Assembly (NCBI GenBank): GCA_037137655.1
Contig: JBAXJX010000002.1
Coordinates: 165,730-229,729, forward strand
Source: Candidatus Falkowbacteria bacterium
GTDB taxonomy: Bacteria; Patescibacteriota; Patescibacteriia; Patescibacteriales; UBA12465
DNA length: 64,000 nt
Direction: 5' to 3'
The notes under the pieces were generated by a model. The model saw only the letters and a list, made by a program, of their open reading frames with translations. It had not been told where the DNA came from and did no database searches. Both the position numbers and the translations under genes were made by a program. Of this stretch, positions 53,864 through 62,888 are shown piece after piece. How positions within the stretch are numbered: position 1 is the first letter of the stretch; every line of letters starts with the position of its first letter.

Positions 53864-54520
53864 ATGAAATTACTTTTAACATCTGCGGGAATTTACAATA
53901 AATCAATTGCTAAAGCCTTATTAAAATTATTGGGCCAGCCTTTTAAAAAATCGTCCATGATTTATATTACCACCGCTTCAAATATTGATGGCGGCGATAA
54001 ATCTTGGTTGATTGATGATTTAGTTAATTTTAAAAAACTTGGCTTTGCCTCCATTGATATTATTGATATAGCGGCGGTAAATAAAGATATTTATTTGCCA
54101 CGCTTAGAGGTAGCCAATGTGATCGTGTTTGGTGGCGGCAATGAAGCTTATCTAATGGCTCAAATAAAAAAATCTGGCCTACAGGAAATATTACCAAGCT
54201 TATTAAAAAATAAAGTTTACGTTGGTATTAGTGCTGGTAGTATGGTGGCCTCTGAAAAATTATCTAACGAAATTTCTTTAGAAATTTTCGGCGAAGATAT
54301 TACTAAATATAAAATTAAGAAAGCTTTAGGATTTATCAACTTCCAAATTTGTCCACATTTAAATTCACCGCATTTTGCAAAGAATAAGGTGAAGAATGTG
54401 GATAAAATCGCCCAACGCTTAAAAGAAACAATTTACACAATTGATAATAACACAGCCATTGCTGTTACGGGTGGAAAAATTGAAATCATTTCTGAAGGTA
54501 AGTGGTATAAGTTTAATTAA
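53864..54520 (+). CDS. pepE: Peptidase S51 (dipeptidase E-like)
   Basis: 218 aa. MKLLLTSAG, and VYVGISAGSMV carrying the nucleophile Ser. Confidence 0.75.
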   Translation: MKLLLTSAGIYNKSIAKALLKLLGQPFKKSSMIYITTASNIDGGDKSWLIDDLVNFKKLGFASIDIIDIAAVNKDIYLPRLEVANVIVFGGGNEAYLMAQIKKSGLQEILPSLLKNKVYVGISAGSMVASEKLSNEISLEIFGEDITKYKIKKALGFINFQICPHLNSPHFAKNKVKNVDKIAQRLKETIYTIDNNTAIAVTGGKIEIISEGKWYKFN

Positions 54521-54535
54521 TTTTATGAAATAAAA

Positions 54536-54554
54536 GTGGGGTTGAAGAAATAAT
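54536..54554 (+). repeat. 19-bp direct repeat, copy 1 (just after the pepE stop)
   Basis: gtggggttgaagaaataat is identical to 56592-56610. Confidence 0.95.
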
Positions 54555-54634
54555 ATTCTTGGAAAGTGCTTTTCTAGTATTGCTGAATCATACCAATCGT
54601 ATCATTAAATATTACTAGATGATATAATATAAAA

Positions 54635-54853
54635 ATGAATGAAATATACGACAATTTAAAAAAATCCCTAGACGATTCTGGTAAGGCTACAGATAGATTA
54701 TCTATTAATATAGTTAGCTCTGTTGGCAGGATTATTGAATCAAATGAAAAGCTCCAGGCGAGTAATAATAATTATGTTTGGTGGTTTAAGCTGCTTACAG
54801 CGCTGCTTATTATTACAACATTATTGGTTGGGGTGTTACAATATATTAAATAG
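54635..54853 (+). CDS. Hypothetical small membrane protein (ORFan)
   Basis: 72 aa with a C-terminal TM segment. It starts ATGAATGAA, like proS. Confidence 0.55.
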   Translation: MNEIYDNLKKSLDDSGKATDRLSINIVSSVGRIIESNEKLQASNNNYVWWFKLLTALLIITTLLVGVLQYIK

Positions 54854-54912
54854 GCTAATGGCAACGGTTTATATATTGTGTAAAAATAAATTTATAATTT
54901 AGTGTTATTTAT

Positions 54913-56079
54913 ATGACTTTATCTGAAGAAAATTATATTAAAGACGAGTTAAAAAACAATGAATTAGTCCGTGATTATATTATCTCTGGTGTTTTTAATA
55001 AATATTCTAAAGAAGAAAATTTAGAAAATAATGATCTTAAAATACAATTATTGAAATGTTCGTTGGACTGGGCAATTCCATCTTTATCTTACTCTTTTCA
55101 GGATTATTTAGCAGAACCAAAAAACGAAGAGATTGGAAGAGAGCTAGAGAAAGATGAAAATTTGATTTTCTCTAAAGGTTTAGAAATTTTGAATTCTGAT
55201 ATTCTTTTAGAAAAACTGGTGTTTTTTTATGTCTCATATGGTGTTTACTTAGCAAATAAGTTGCTTCCGGAACATGAAGACGATAATTTTTTTGGAGCTG
55301 AAAGAATGGCAAGGTGGTTAAATATGACAACTGACAAACATCCAGACATCGAATCATCACAATTTAAATTAGAATATAAAGAACTCTTTGTTAAATTTAT
55401 TAATGAATATAATAAATATGGCGATATTTTAGCTGGAAAAGTTATTGATTCTGTTTTTTCTATTAGTGATGAGAATGTTATTACTAGGCAAGAAGAACGT
55501 CTAGGGGTGTCTGTGGACATGGTCGCTGCTGCTCAAGAATCAGTTCGTGATAATATTAAAGAAAACTCCGGTATTGATATAAAAAACATTGTTATAGAAG
55601 TAGGGAAGGAAATATCTTGGGCAGATATTGTAAATCATTCATTTCGTGTTATAGGATTTGATAGAAATGGAACAATAATTGATAGAAATAATAAAGTAAA
55701 AGCAAGAGGTTTTTTTAAGCCATATGGATACTTAATTGCGGAATCGCCGATTTTAAATAATCGCGTTAAATTGCCAATTGTCCATCGAGATGATTTTTTG
55801 CTTGCGGCAAGTGTGTTCGACAACCAAAAATTAACAAGTCTTTCTATTAGTGATGAATTGATTGTGACTTATTCTCCTGAAATTTTACTTAAGAATGGCT
55901 TGGCTGGTGGCTTTCGTCATCCGTTGCATTATGCGATCGAGCCACATGGAACTTTGGATCATTATTATTCTATGGATAATGACATAAATTACGGTAACCC
56001 AAATCCTCAGAAATTTTTTGGTCCATTTGTTTATAATGGTGAAATAAGTGTGAAAATAAATCCATTATTAAATCTATGA
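54913..56079 (+). CDS. Hypothetical protein (ORFan), translationally coupled to def
   Basis: 388 aa. The stop overlaps the def start (ATGA at 56076-56079). No family recognised. Confidence 0.65.
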   Translation: MTLSEENYIKDELKNNELVRDYIISGVFNKYSKEENLENNDLKIQLLKCSLDWAIPSLSYSFQDYLAEPKNEEIGRELEKDENLIFSKGLEILNSDILLEKLVFFYVSYGVYLANKLLPEHEDDNFFGAERMARWLNMTTDKHPDIESSQFKLEYKELFVKFINEYNKYGDILAGKVIDSVFSISDENVITRQEERLGVSVDMVAAAQESVRDNIKENSGIDIKNIVIEVGKEISWADIVNHSFRVIGFDRNGTIIDRNNKVKARGFFKPYGYLIAESPILNNRVKLPIVHRDDFLLAASVFDNQKLTSLSISDELIVTYSPEILLKNGLAGGFRHPLHYAIEPHGTLDHYYSMDNDINYGNPNPQKFFGPFVYNGEISVKINPLLNL

Positions 56080-56609
56080 TCATCAAAGAAATAACGCAAA
56101 TTGGAAATCCGATTTTAAGTCGGAAGTCAGAAATTGTTAAAGAGGTAAATTGCAAAGAAACGGAACGAGTCATAAAAAATTTAACGGACTCCGTGCGCTT
56201 CCATGGTTTAATTGGCATGGCCGCTTCACAAATCGGTGAAAAGCTTAGAATCTTTGTAACTGAAGTGCGCCCAACAAAATTTCGCAAAGCGATTAAAGAT
56301 GAATTGCGGGTTTATGTTAATCCAAAAATTATTTGGTCATCAAAAAAACAAGTTGTTATTTACGAAGGTTGTGGTAGCGTGGCTTACGCCAATCTTTTTG
56401 GTCCAGTGAAGCGACCGGAAAAAATAGTGATTGAAGCTCTGGATGAAAATGGTGTTAAATTTCAATTAAAAGCCGAAGGATTATTGGCGCGCGTTATTCA
56501 ACATGAATATGATCACTTAGACGGCATTGAATTCACTGAAAAAATTACCGATATCAAATTAATTATGAGTAGCGGGGAATATCAAAAAATGGTGGGGTTG
56601 AAGAAATAA
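56076..56609 (+). CDS. def: Peptide deformylase
   Basis: 177 aa with motifs GMAASQIG, EGCGS and QHEYDHLDG. Confidence 0.93.
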   Translation: MIIKEITQIGNPILSRKSEIVKEVNCKETERVIKNLTDSVRFHGLIGMAASQIGEKLRIFVTEVRPTKFRKAIKDELRVYVNPKIIWSSKKQVVIYEGCGSVAYANLFGPVKRPEKIVIEALDENGVKFQLKAEGLLARVIQHEYDHLDGIEFTEKITDIKLIMSSGEYQKMVGLKK

Positions 56610-56610
56610 T
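56592..56610 (+). repeat. 19-bp direct repeat, copy 2 (last codons and stop of def)
   Basis: gtggggttgaagaaataat encodes ...VGLKK* of Def. Confidence 0.95.
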
Positions 56611-56626
56611 TCAGATCTATTTCTAT

Positions 56627-56655
56627 TTGACTAAACCTAAAAAATTTCATATATT
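56627..56655 (+). promoter_or_regulatory. Sigma70-type promoter for proS
   Basis: Reads TTGACT-aaacctaaaaaatttca(17)-TATATT. Confidence 0.6.
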
Positions 56656-56675
56656 GGCTATATTACAATAAAATT

Positions 56676-58172
56676 ATGAATGAACAAAATAACAAAACAA
56701 AACAAACAGGTATTACAACCCGAAAGGCTGATTTTTCACAATGGTATTTGGATGTGATTGAAAAGGCTGATTTAGCCGAGCACTCCGTGGTAAAAGGTTG
56801 TATGGTTATTAAACCTTATGGTTACGCCATTTGGGAGAACATGCAAAAAGTTTTAGATAAAAAATTCAAAGAAACTGGCCACAAAAACGCTTATTTTCCC
56901 TTATTAATCCCAAAATCATTTTTAAGCAAAGAAGCTAGTCATGTTAAAGGTTTTGCCAAGGAATGCGCTATTGTGACACATTATCGCTTAATTGATAATC
57001 CGGATGGTTCAGGTGTGATGGTGGATCCAAAAGCAAAATTAGAAGAGGAATTAATTATTCGTCCGACTTCAGAAACAATTATTTATGATACCTATTCTCG
57101 TTGGGTGCAATCTTATCGTGATTTACCAATTTTGATTAATCAATGGGCCAATGTCGTTCGCTGGGAAATGCGTACTCGCTTATTTTTACGCACAACAGAA
57201 TTTTTATGGCAGGAGGGCCATACTGTGCATGAGACTGAAGCAGAAGCAGAAATTGAGGCGCGAAAAATGTTGGAAGTTTACCGTGATTTCTCGGAAAATT
57301 ATTTGGCTATGCCGGTAATTACTGGACGTAAACCAGAACATGATAAATTTCCGGGCGCTTTACATACTTATTGTATCGAGGCGATGATGCAAGATCGAAA
57401 ATCTTTGCAAGCCGGCACTTCACATCATTTGGGACAAAATTTTGCTAAAGCTTTTAATATTGTTTTTACTGATAAAAATAGTGAAAAACAATTTGCTTGG
57501 CAGACTAGTTGGGGTGTTAGCACGCGACTCATCGGCGGCTTAATTATGACTCATAGCGATGACAAAGGTTTGGTTCTACCACCAGAAATCGCGCCAATTA
57601 AAGTGGTGATTATTCCAATTTATAAAACTGACGAGGAAAAAGAATTAGTGCAAAAAAATATTGAAAATATCAAGGCTGATCTTGATCTTGGTTTGGAAAT
57701 TGAGGTTGATTACCGTGATAATCTAAGCCCAGGTTTTAAATTTAATGAATGGGAAAAGAAAGGTGTGCCGTTGCGCGTTGAAATTGGACCGAAGGACGTG
57801 GCCAATAATCAAGTAGTTTTAGTGCGCCGTGATTCTGGTGTTAAGCAATTTATTTTAATGGCTGATTTGAAGTCTGTCGTTAAAACTGAGTTGCTCGACA
57901 TGCAAAAAAGTTTATTAGCGAAAGCGCAAGATTTTAGAAAAGATAATTCTTTTGTAGTTGATAATTATGAGGAGTTGATAAAAATTCTAGCTGGCGACGG
58001 TGGCTATGTTTATAGCCATTGGTGTGGTGATCCAGCTTGTGAAGATAAAATTAACGCTGAGGTTAAAGCGGCAATTCGTTGTTTACCATTCGAGCAAAAG
58101 GATGAAGCTGGCGAATGTGTGGTTTGTGGTAAGAAATCCGAACGCCGTGTGATTTTCGCTAAGGCTTATTAA
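56676..58172 (+). CDS. proS: Proline--tRNA ligase (archaeal/eukaryote-like type)
   Basis: 498 aa. DFSQWYLDVIEKADL...VKGCMVIKPYGYAIWE, the class II motifs, and a C-terminal zinc-binding tail CGDPACE...CVVCGK...FAKAY. Confidence 0.93.
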   Translation: MNEQNNKTKQTGITTRKADFSQWYLDVIEKADLAEHSVVKGCMVIKPYGYAIWENMQKVLDKKFKETGHKNAYFPLLIPKSFLSKEASHVKGFAKECAIVTHYRLIDNPDGSGVMVDPKAKLEEELIIRPTSETIIYDTYSRWVQSYRDLPILINQWANVVRWEMRTRLFLRTTEFLWQEGHTVHETEAEAEIEARKMLEVYRDFSENYLAMPVITGRKPEHDKFPGALHTYCIEAMMQDRKSLQAGTSHHLGQNFAKAFNIVFTDKNSEKQFAWQTSWGVSTRLIGGLIMTHSDDKGLVLPPEIAPIKVVIIPIYKTDEEKELVQKNIENIKADLDLGLEIEVDYRDNLSPGFKFNEWEKKGVPLRVEIGPKDVANNQVVLVRRDSGVKQFILMADLKSVVKTELLDMQKSLLAKAQDFRKDNSFVVDNYEELIKILAGDGGYVYSHWCGDPACEDKINAEVKAAIRCLPFEQKDEAGECVVCGKKSERRVIFAKAY

Positions 58173-58206
58173 TTGTTCAAAAATAATTTAGAAAAAGTTT
58201 AGCAAG

Positions 58207-58236
58207 AAGCATCTACACTGTAGATGCTTTTTTGTT
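58207..58236 (+). terminator. Intrinsic terminator after proS
   Basis: Reads aagcatctaca-c-tgtagatgctt-ttttg. Confidence 0.8.
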
Positions 58237-58251
58237 TACTAACTTTTTTCT

Positions 58252-59772
58252 ATGGCTAATAAAATTTTATCAGCCGCGGTCATTGGGCTGAACGTGGATT
58301 TAGTGGAGGTGGAGGCTGAGGCTGTTAATGGCGACCTGGGTTCGATTATTATTGTCGGCTTACCAGACGCAGCAGTATCGGAATCCAAAGAACGGGTGCG
58401 CACGGCGATTAAAAATTCCGATCTTAATTTTCCAGTGCGCAAAGTGGTGATTAATTTAGCGCCGGCCGATTTGAAAAAACATGGACCGGCCTATGATTTA
58501 CCAATCGCCGTGAGTATTTTAAGTTTAAAAAATAATTTTAAAATTGATTTTAAAACCAGTTTGTTCGTCGGTGAATTATCACTTGATGGTGTTGTCCGGC
58601 CGATAAATGGTGCCTTGGCTATTGCACTAAAAGCTAAGGAAATTGGGATTAAAATGCTATTTTTGCCGGAGAAAAATGCGGCGGAAGCCAAAATGGTTGG
58701 TAATGATTTAGAAATTATTCCAGTTCATTCACTTGCTAAATTATTTTTACATTTGAAAGGTATAGAAAAAATTAAAGCACAAGAAGCTGTGCCATTTAAT
58801 TTTTGTAATGACAAAACACCTTTTGATATGGCTCATGTTTGCGGACAGGAAAGCGTGAAGCGAGTGTTAGAAATTGCGGCGGCCGGCGCTCATAATATTT
58901 TAATGTTTGGCCCACCCGGATCAGGCAAAACTTTGATGGCGAAAACGATGCTTTCAATTTTACCAAAATTTTCAATGGACGAAGCTTTGGAAGTAACTAA
59001 AATTTATAGTGTGGCAGGAGAATTAAAAAATGGAGAGCCCTTGGTTTTTTCCCGGCCGTTTCGCGCGCCGCATCATACCTCGTCTTCCGTATCTTTGGTT
59101 GGCGGCGGTACTTGGCCGCGCCCCGGAGAAATATCTTTGGCCCATCGGGGAATTTTATTTTTGGATGAATTTGCGGAATTTCCGCGGGTGGTCTTGGAAA
59201 ATTTGCGCCAACCACTGGAAGATGGCGTGATAAATGTAAGTCGCGCTCAGGGGCGCTTAAAATTTCCGGCTAAGTTTATTTTAGTGGCAGCGATGAATCC
59301 CTGTCCTTGTGGTTATTATAAGGATCGCGACCGGACTTGCACTTGCTCGGAAAAACAAATTGCCAATTATCGTCGGAAAATTTCTGGACCGATTTTAGAC
59401 CGGATTGATTTGCATGTGGAAGTCCCACGACTAGAGTTCTCGAAACTTAATCAGGTTTCGGATGGGGAGACATCGGACAATGTTAAGACTCGTGTCGAAG
59501 CGGCGCGGGCCATTCAATTGGAACGCTTTGCCGGGCAACCATTTTTAAATAATGCGGAAATGAATTCGCAAGCAGTTTATAAATATTGTCCGATTGATGT
59601 TCCGAGTCAGCGCCTAATGGCGAGTGCCATGGAAAAAATGAAGTTGTCGGTGCGCTCGTACTTTCGAATTTTGAAGTTGGCACGGACCATTGCTGACTTG
59701 GAAGGTGAGGGAAATATTTTACTCAAACATTTGGCTGAGGCTTTGCAATATCGACCGAGCCTGGAAGACTGA
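58252..59772 (+). CDS. comM: YifB/ComM-family Mg-chelatase-like AAA+ ATPase
   Basis: 506 aa. A Lon-protease-like N-terminal domain, then MFGPPGSGKTLMAK (Walker A), GILFLDEFAEF (Walker B) and a CPCG...C.C zinc motif. Confidence 0.9.
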   Translation: MANKILSAAVIGLNVDLVEVEAEAVNGDLGSIIIVGLPDAAVSESKERVRTAIKNSDLNFPVRKVVINLAPADLKKHGPAYDLPIAVSILSLKNNFKIDFKTSLFVGELSLDGVVRPINGALAIALKAKEIGIKMLFLPEKNAAEAKMVGNDLEIIPVHSLAKLFLHLKGIEKIKAQEAVPFNFCNDKTPFDMAHVCGQESVKRVLEIAAAGAHNILMFGPPGSGKTLMAKTMLSILPKFSMDEALEVTKIYSVAGELKNGEPLVFSRPFRAPHHTSSSVSLVGGGTWPRPGEISLAHRGILFLDEFAEFPRVVLENLRQPLEDGVINVSRAQGRLKFPAKFILVAAMNPCPCGYYKDRDRTCTCSEKQIANYRRKISGPILDRIDLHVEVPRLEFSKLNQVSDGETSDNVKTRVEAARAIQLERFAGQPFLNNAEMNSQAVYKYCPIDVPSQRLMASAMEKMKLSVRSYFRILKLARTIADLEGEGNILLKHLAEALQYRPSLED

Positions 59773-59840
59773 TTTTTTGGACTTGTTTTGTTTTTTTTGT
59801 TATAATGTAATTATCTTATAATTTTCATTTTAAGCCTTAT

Positions 59841-61214
59841 ATGCGTAAAAAAATAATAGGGTTATCACTTCTTTTTGTTTTTATAATTACCTCTGGTTTT
59901 GGTTGTAAGGCCTCGACCGCTCAATTAGCGGCCAAAATGACTCCAGTGACGATTGAATTTTGGGGAACTCAAGATGATTCCGATGCTTACGTTGATATTA
60001 TTAATAGTTATAAGCAATTACATCCATTCATCACAGTTAATTATACCAAGTTTCGTCCAGAGGAATACGAGGATGCCTTACTTAATGCTTTTGCCGAGGA
60101 TCGTGGTCCTGATATTTTTTCTATTCACAACACTTGGATCCAAAAATATTTACCAAAATTAGCTCCATTACCAGCTAAAATAACCATGGTGTATCCAGAA
60201 GTGCAAGGTACAATTCAAAAAACAACCGTGCCGGTTGAAAGAACTACTCAGAGTTTAACTTTAAATGATTTGAAAAATAATTTTGTAGATGTAGTTTCAC
60301 GTGACGTGGTGGACAATAGCCAAATTTGGGGGCTACCAATGTCAGTTGATACTTTAGCAATGTATTATAATCGTGATCTATTGAGCAATGCTGGGTTAAC
60401 TGATGTGCCAAAATATTGGAATAGTAATTTTCAACAAAGTGTTAAAAAATTAAGTAAACAAGATATTAAAGGTAATATTATTCAATCTGGTGTAGCCTTG
60501 GGTGGTAGCACTAATATTAACCGTTACAGTGATATCTTGGCTGCTTTAATGATGCAAAATGGCGCTACTTTATTGAGTGATGGTGGTACAGTGCTGTTTA
60601 ATCAAGTTCCGGTTGGTTCAAATGATACTTCTTACAACCCTGGCGCTGCCGCTTTAAAATTTTATACCGATTTTTCTAATCCAATTAAAGAAGTTTATTC
60701 TTGGAACAGCGAGATGCCTAATTCTTTAGATGCTTTTATGGGCGGTAATTTAGCCTTTATGTTTGGCTATTCTTACCAATTGCCAGTTATTAGAGCTCAA
60801 GCGTTAAAATTGAATTTCGGTATTGCTCCGCTACCCCAAATTGAAGGCTCTGGTAATAGTGTTAACTTTGCTAATTATTGGGTTAATGGTGTTGCTAAGA
60901 AAAGCAAAAATCCAAATATTTGCTGGGATTTTATTCAATACATGAGTAAGGCAGAAAATGTTAAAGGTTACCTTGATAAAACAAAGCGCCCAACTGCGCT
61001 CAAGGCACTTATTCCAGCACAACGTCAGGATTTGGATATTGGAGTTTTTGCCGATCAAGTTTTAACAGCTAAAAGTTGGTATCGTGGTCAAAATGTTAAA
61101 GTAGCTGAGGCAGCTATGGGCGAAATGATTGATGCCGTTGTAAAAGATGATACAAAGATTATGGAGGCGATGAATTTAGCCGCTTCACGGGTTCAACAAA
61201 CAATTAGCCAATAA
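59841..61214 (+). CDS. ABC-transporter-type extracellular solute-binding lipoprotein (family 1, sugar-like)
   Basis: 457 aa with lipobox SGFGC. The overall pattern (EFWGTQDD..., GLPMSVDTLAMYYNRDLL) is typical of SBP_bac_1. No permease or ATPase genes are adjacent. Confidence 0.7.
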   Translation: MRKKIIGLSLLFVFIITSGFGCKASTAQLAAKMTPVTIEFWGTQDDSDAYVDIINSYKQLHPFITVNYTKFRPEEYEDALLNAFAEDRGPDIFSIHNTWIQKYLPKLAPLPAKITMVYPEVQGTIQKTTVPVERTTQSLTLNDLKNNFVDVVSRDVVDNSQIWGLPMSVDTLAMYYNRDLLSNAGLTDVPKYWNSNFQQSVKKLSKQDIKGNIIQSGVALGGSTNINRYSDILAALMMQNGATLLSDGGTVLFNQVPVGSNDTSYNPGAAALKFYTDFSNPIKEVYSWNSEMPNSLDAFMGGNLAFMFGYSYQLPVIRAQALKLNFGIAPLPQIEGSGNSVNFANYWVNGVAKKSKNPNICWDFIQYMSKAENVKGYLDKTKRPTALKALIPAQRQDLDIGVFADQVLTAKSWYRGQNVKVAEAAMGEMIDAVVKDDTKIMEAMNLAASRVQQTISQ

Positions 61215-61218
61215 ATTT

Positions 61219-61647
61219 ATGAAAAAAAATACCTATAAAAAAATTGTCGCTTTTTCAATTTTAGTTTTTTCTTTGTTTTTCTTTTTGGCTGCCAGTAACG
61301 CCATGGCCCAAAGCGGTGGTATTATACCGGATGGTGGCAAGAAACAAACTGGTAATTATGAATTAAATGACTTTGTGCGTTTAGGTCTTAATGTTTCACA
61401 GTGGATTTTGGGTATTACTGGCTCACTAGCTTTATTGTTTTTTGTTTATGGTGGTTTTACATTTTTAATTTCAGCTGGAGACAGCTCTAAGGTTGATGAG
61501 GGTAAAAAAATTATTTCCGGAGCAATTATTGGTTTAATTTTAGTATTTTCCAGTTATATGATTATCCAATTTGCCATGAAAACATTAGGTGTGGAATGGA
61601 AAGGTACGACCAATGCATTAAAAATTGATACCAATGTTGTAAAATAG
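61219..61647 (+). CDS. TrbC/VirB2-like (T4SS-pilin-like) small membrane protein common in CPR genomes
   Basis: 142 aa. A signal peptide (ASNAMAQ) is followed by two TM helices flanking ISAGDSSKVDEGKKIISGAIIGLILV. Confidence 0.55.
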   Translation: MKKNTYKKIVAFSILVFSLFFFLAASNAMAQSGGIIPDGGKKQTGNYELNDFVRLGLNVSQWILGITGSLALLFFVYGGFTFLISAGDSSKVDEGKKIISGAIIGLILVFSSYMIIQFAMKTLGVEWKGTTNALKIDTNVVK

Positions 61648-61656
61648 TTTTTGTTT

Positions 61657-62322
61657 ATGAATAAATTCATTTCCCGCCAAGTTTTTTCTGAATACAAAGG
61701 TATTGGTGAACAATTGCATTTGGCCCGTGTTAATAAGGGGTTAAGTATAAATGCCGCAGCCGCAGCTGTTAAAACTGATCCAAGGTATGTCGAGGCGCTA
61801 GAAGCAGAGAATTACACAGCCTTACCGGAAGGTTTTTATGGAAAGATTTTTTTTAAGAAGTATATAACGTTTTTAGGCTTGGATTATAAAAAGGTTAATA
61901 AGGGTTTTACTAAAGAGCGTAAAAGCTTCGCTAGTCAGAATAATGTTTTTTCAAAAAAAGTTGTTAAGTCTTCGGGGTTAATAGTATTTCCAAAGATTTT
62001 TCGAAATATTTTAATCACTTCCGTGGTGCTAATATGTTTCTTATACTTAGCTTTATACCTTAAAAATAATGTTACGCCACCAGAGTTGAAAATTGTATCA
62101 CCGACAGTTAATCAAACCCAACATGACTTATCAGCTCTAGTAAGCGGCCAGACGGCGCCGGAATCTGAGGTGTTAATTAATGGTCAGTCAGTCTTAATTG
62201 ATCAAAATGGTTTATTTTCGGAAAGTATTAACTTGAAAAAAGGGGTTAATATAATTGTGATTCAATCCAAGAAAAAATATGGTCAAGAAGCCATTGTTAC
62301 TAGGCAGATATTAGTTGAATAA
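61657..62322 (+). CDS. RodZ-like HTH membrane protein with C-terminal Ig-like domain
   Basis: HTH region LHLARVNKGLSINAAAAAVKTDPRYVEALEAENYTALP, then a single TM segment, then a beta-rich C-terminus. Confidence 0.6.
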   Translation: MNKFISRQVFSEYKGIGEQLHLARVNKGLSINAAAAAVKTDPRYVEALEAENYTALPEGFYGKIFFKKYITFLGLDYKKVNKGFTKERKSFASQNNVFSKKVVKSSGLIVFPKIFRNILITSVVLICFLYLALYLKNNVTPPELKIVSPTVNQTQHDLSALVSGQTAPESEVLINGQSVLIDQNGLFSESINLKKGVNIIVIQSKKKYGQEAIVTRQILVE

Positions 62323-62338
62323 TAATAAATTTAAAAAT

Positions 62339-62884
62339 ATGATTACAAAAAATAGTTTACTAAATATTGAAATGATTTTAAATCAACTGGAAAAGCATGA
62401 CGGCATGTCAGTGGCTGATTTCGGTTGTGGTAATTTTGGTTTTTTTGTTTTTCCTCTAGCTAGATTAATCGGCGAAAATGGTAAGTTGTATGCAGTTGAT
62501 ATCTTTAAAAGCGCTTTAGATGAAATTAAGCGTAAGGCCCGTTTGGAGAATTTACCACAAGTCGAAACAATTTGGGGTAATTTAGAGAAAGTCGGTGGAG
62601 TTAAGATTCCGGACAATGAATTGGACGCTGCTTTACTCGTTAATACGCTCTATCAGGCCGGTAAAAGCATGGAAATGCTTAAAGAAACGGCTCGGACCTT
62701 GAAAAAAGGTGGAACCTTTGTTATTGTTGATTGGACGCAGGAGCCGGCTCCTTTTGGGCCGCCAATTGATTCGCGTATTAAGAAAGATAAATTAAAATTA
62801 GCTTTGACTAAAATTGGCTTTGATTTTAAAACGGAGTTTAACCCGGGAGACTATCATTACGGTTTGGTTTTTATAAAGCAATAA
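62339..62884 (+). CDS. Class I SAM-dependent methyltransferase
   Basis: Motif I VADFGCGNFGF, with DIF at the post-I position. I prefer the ATG at 62339 to the TTG at 62315. Confidence 0.7.
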   Translation: MITKNSLLNIEMILNQLEKHDGMSVADFGCGNFGFFVFPLARLIGENGKLYAVDIFKSALDEIKRKARLENLPQVETIWGNLEKVGGVKIPDNELDAALLVNTLYQAGKSMEMLKETARTLKKGGTFVIVDWTQEPAPFGPPIDSRIKKDKLKLALTKIGFDFKTEFNPGDYHYGLVFIKQ

Positions 62885-62888
62885 AACT

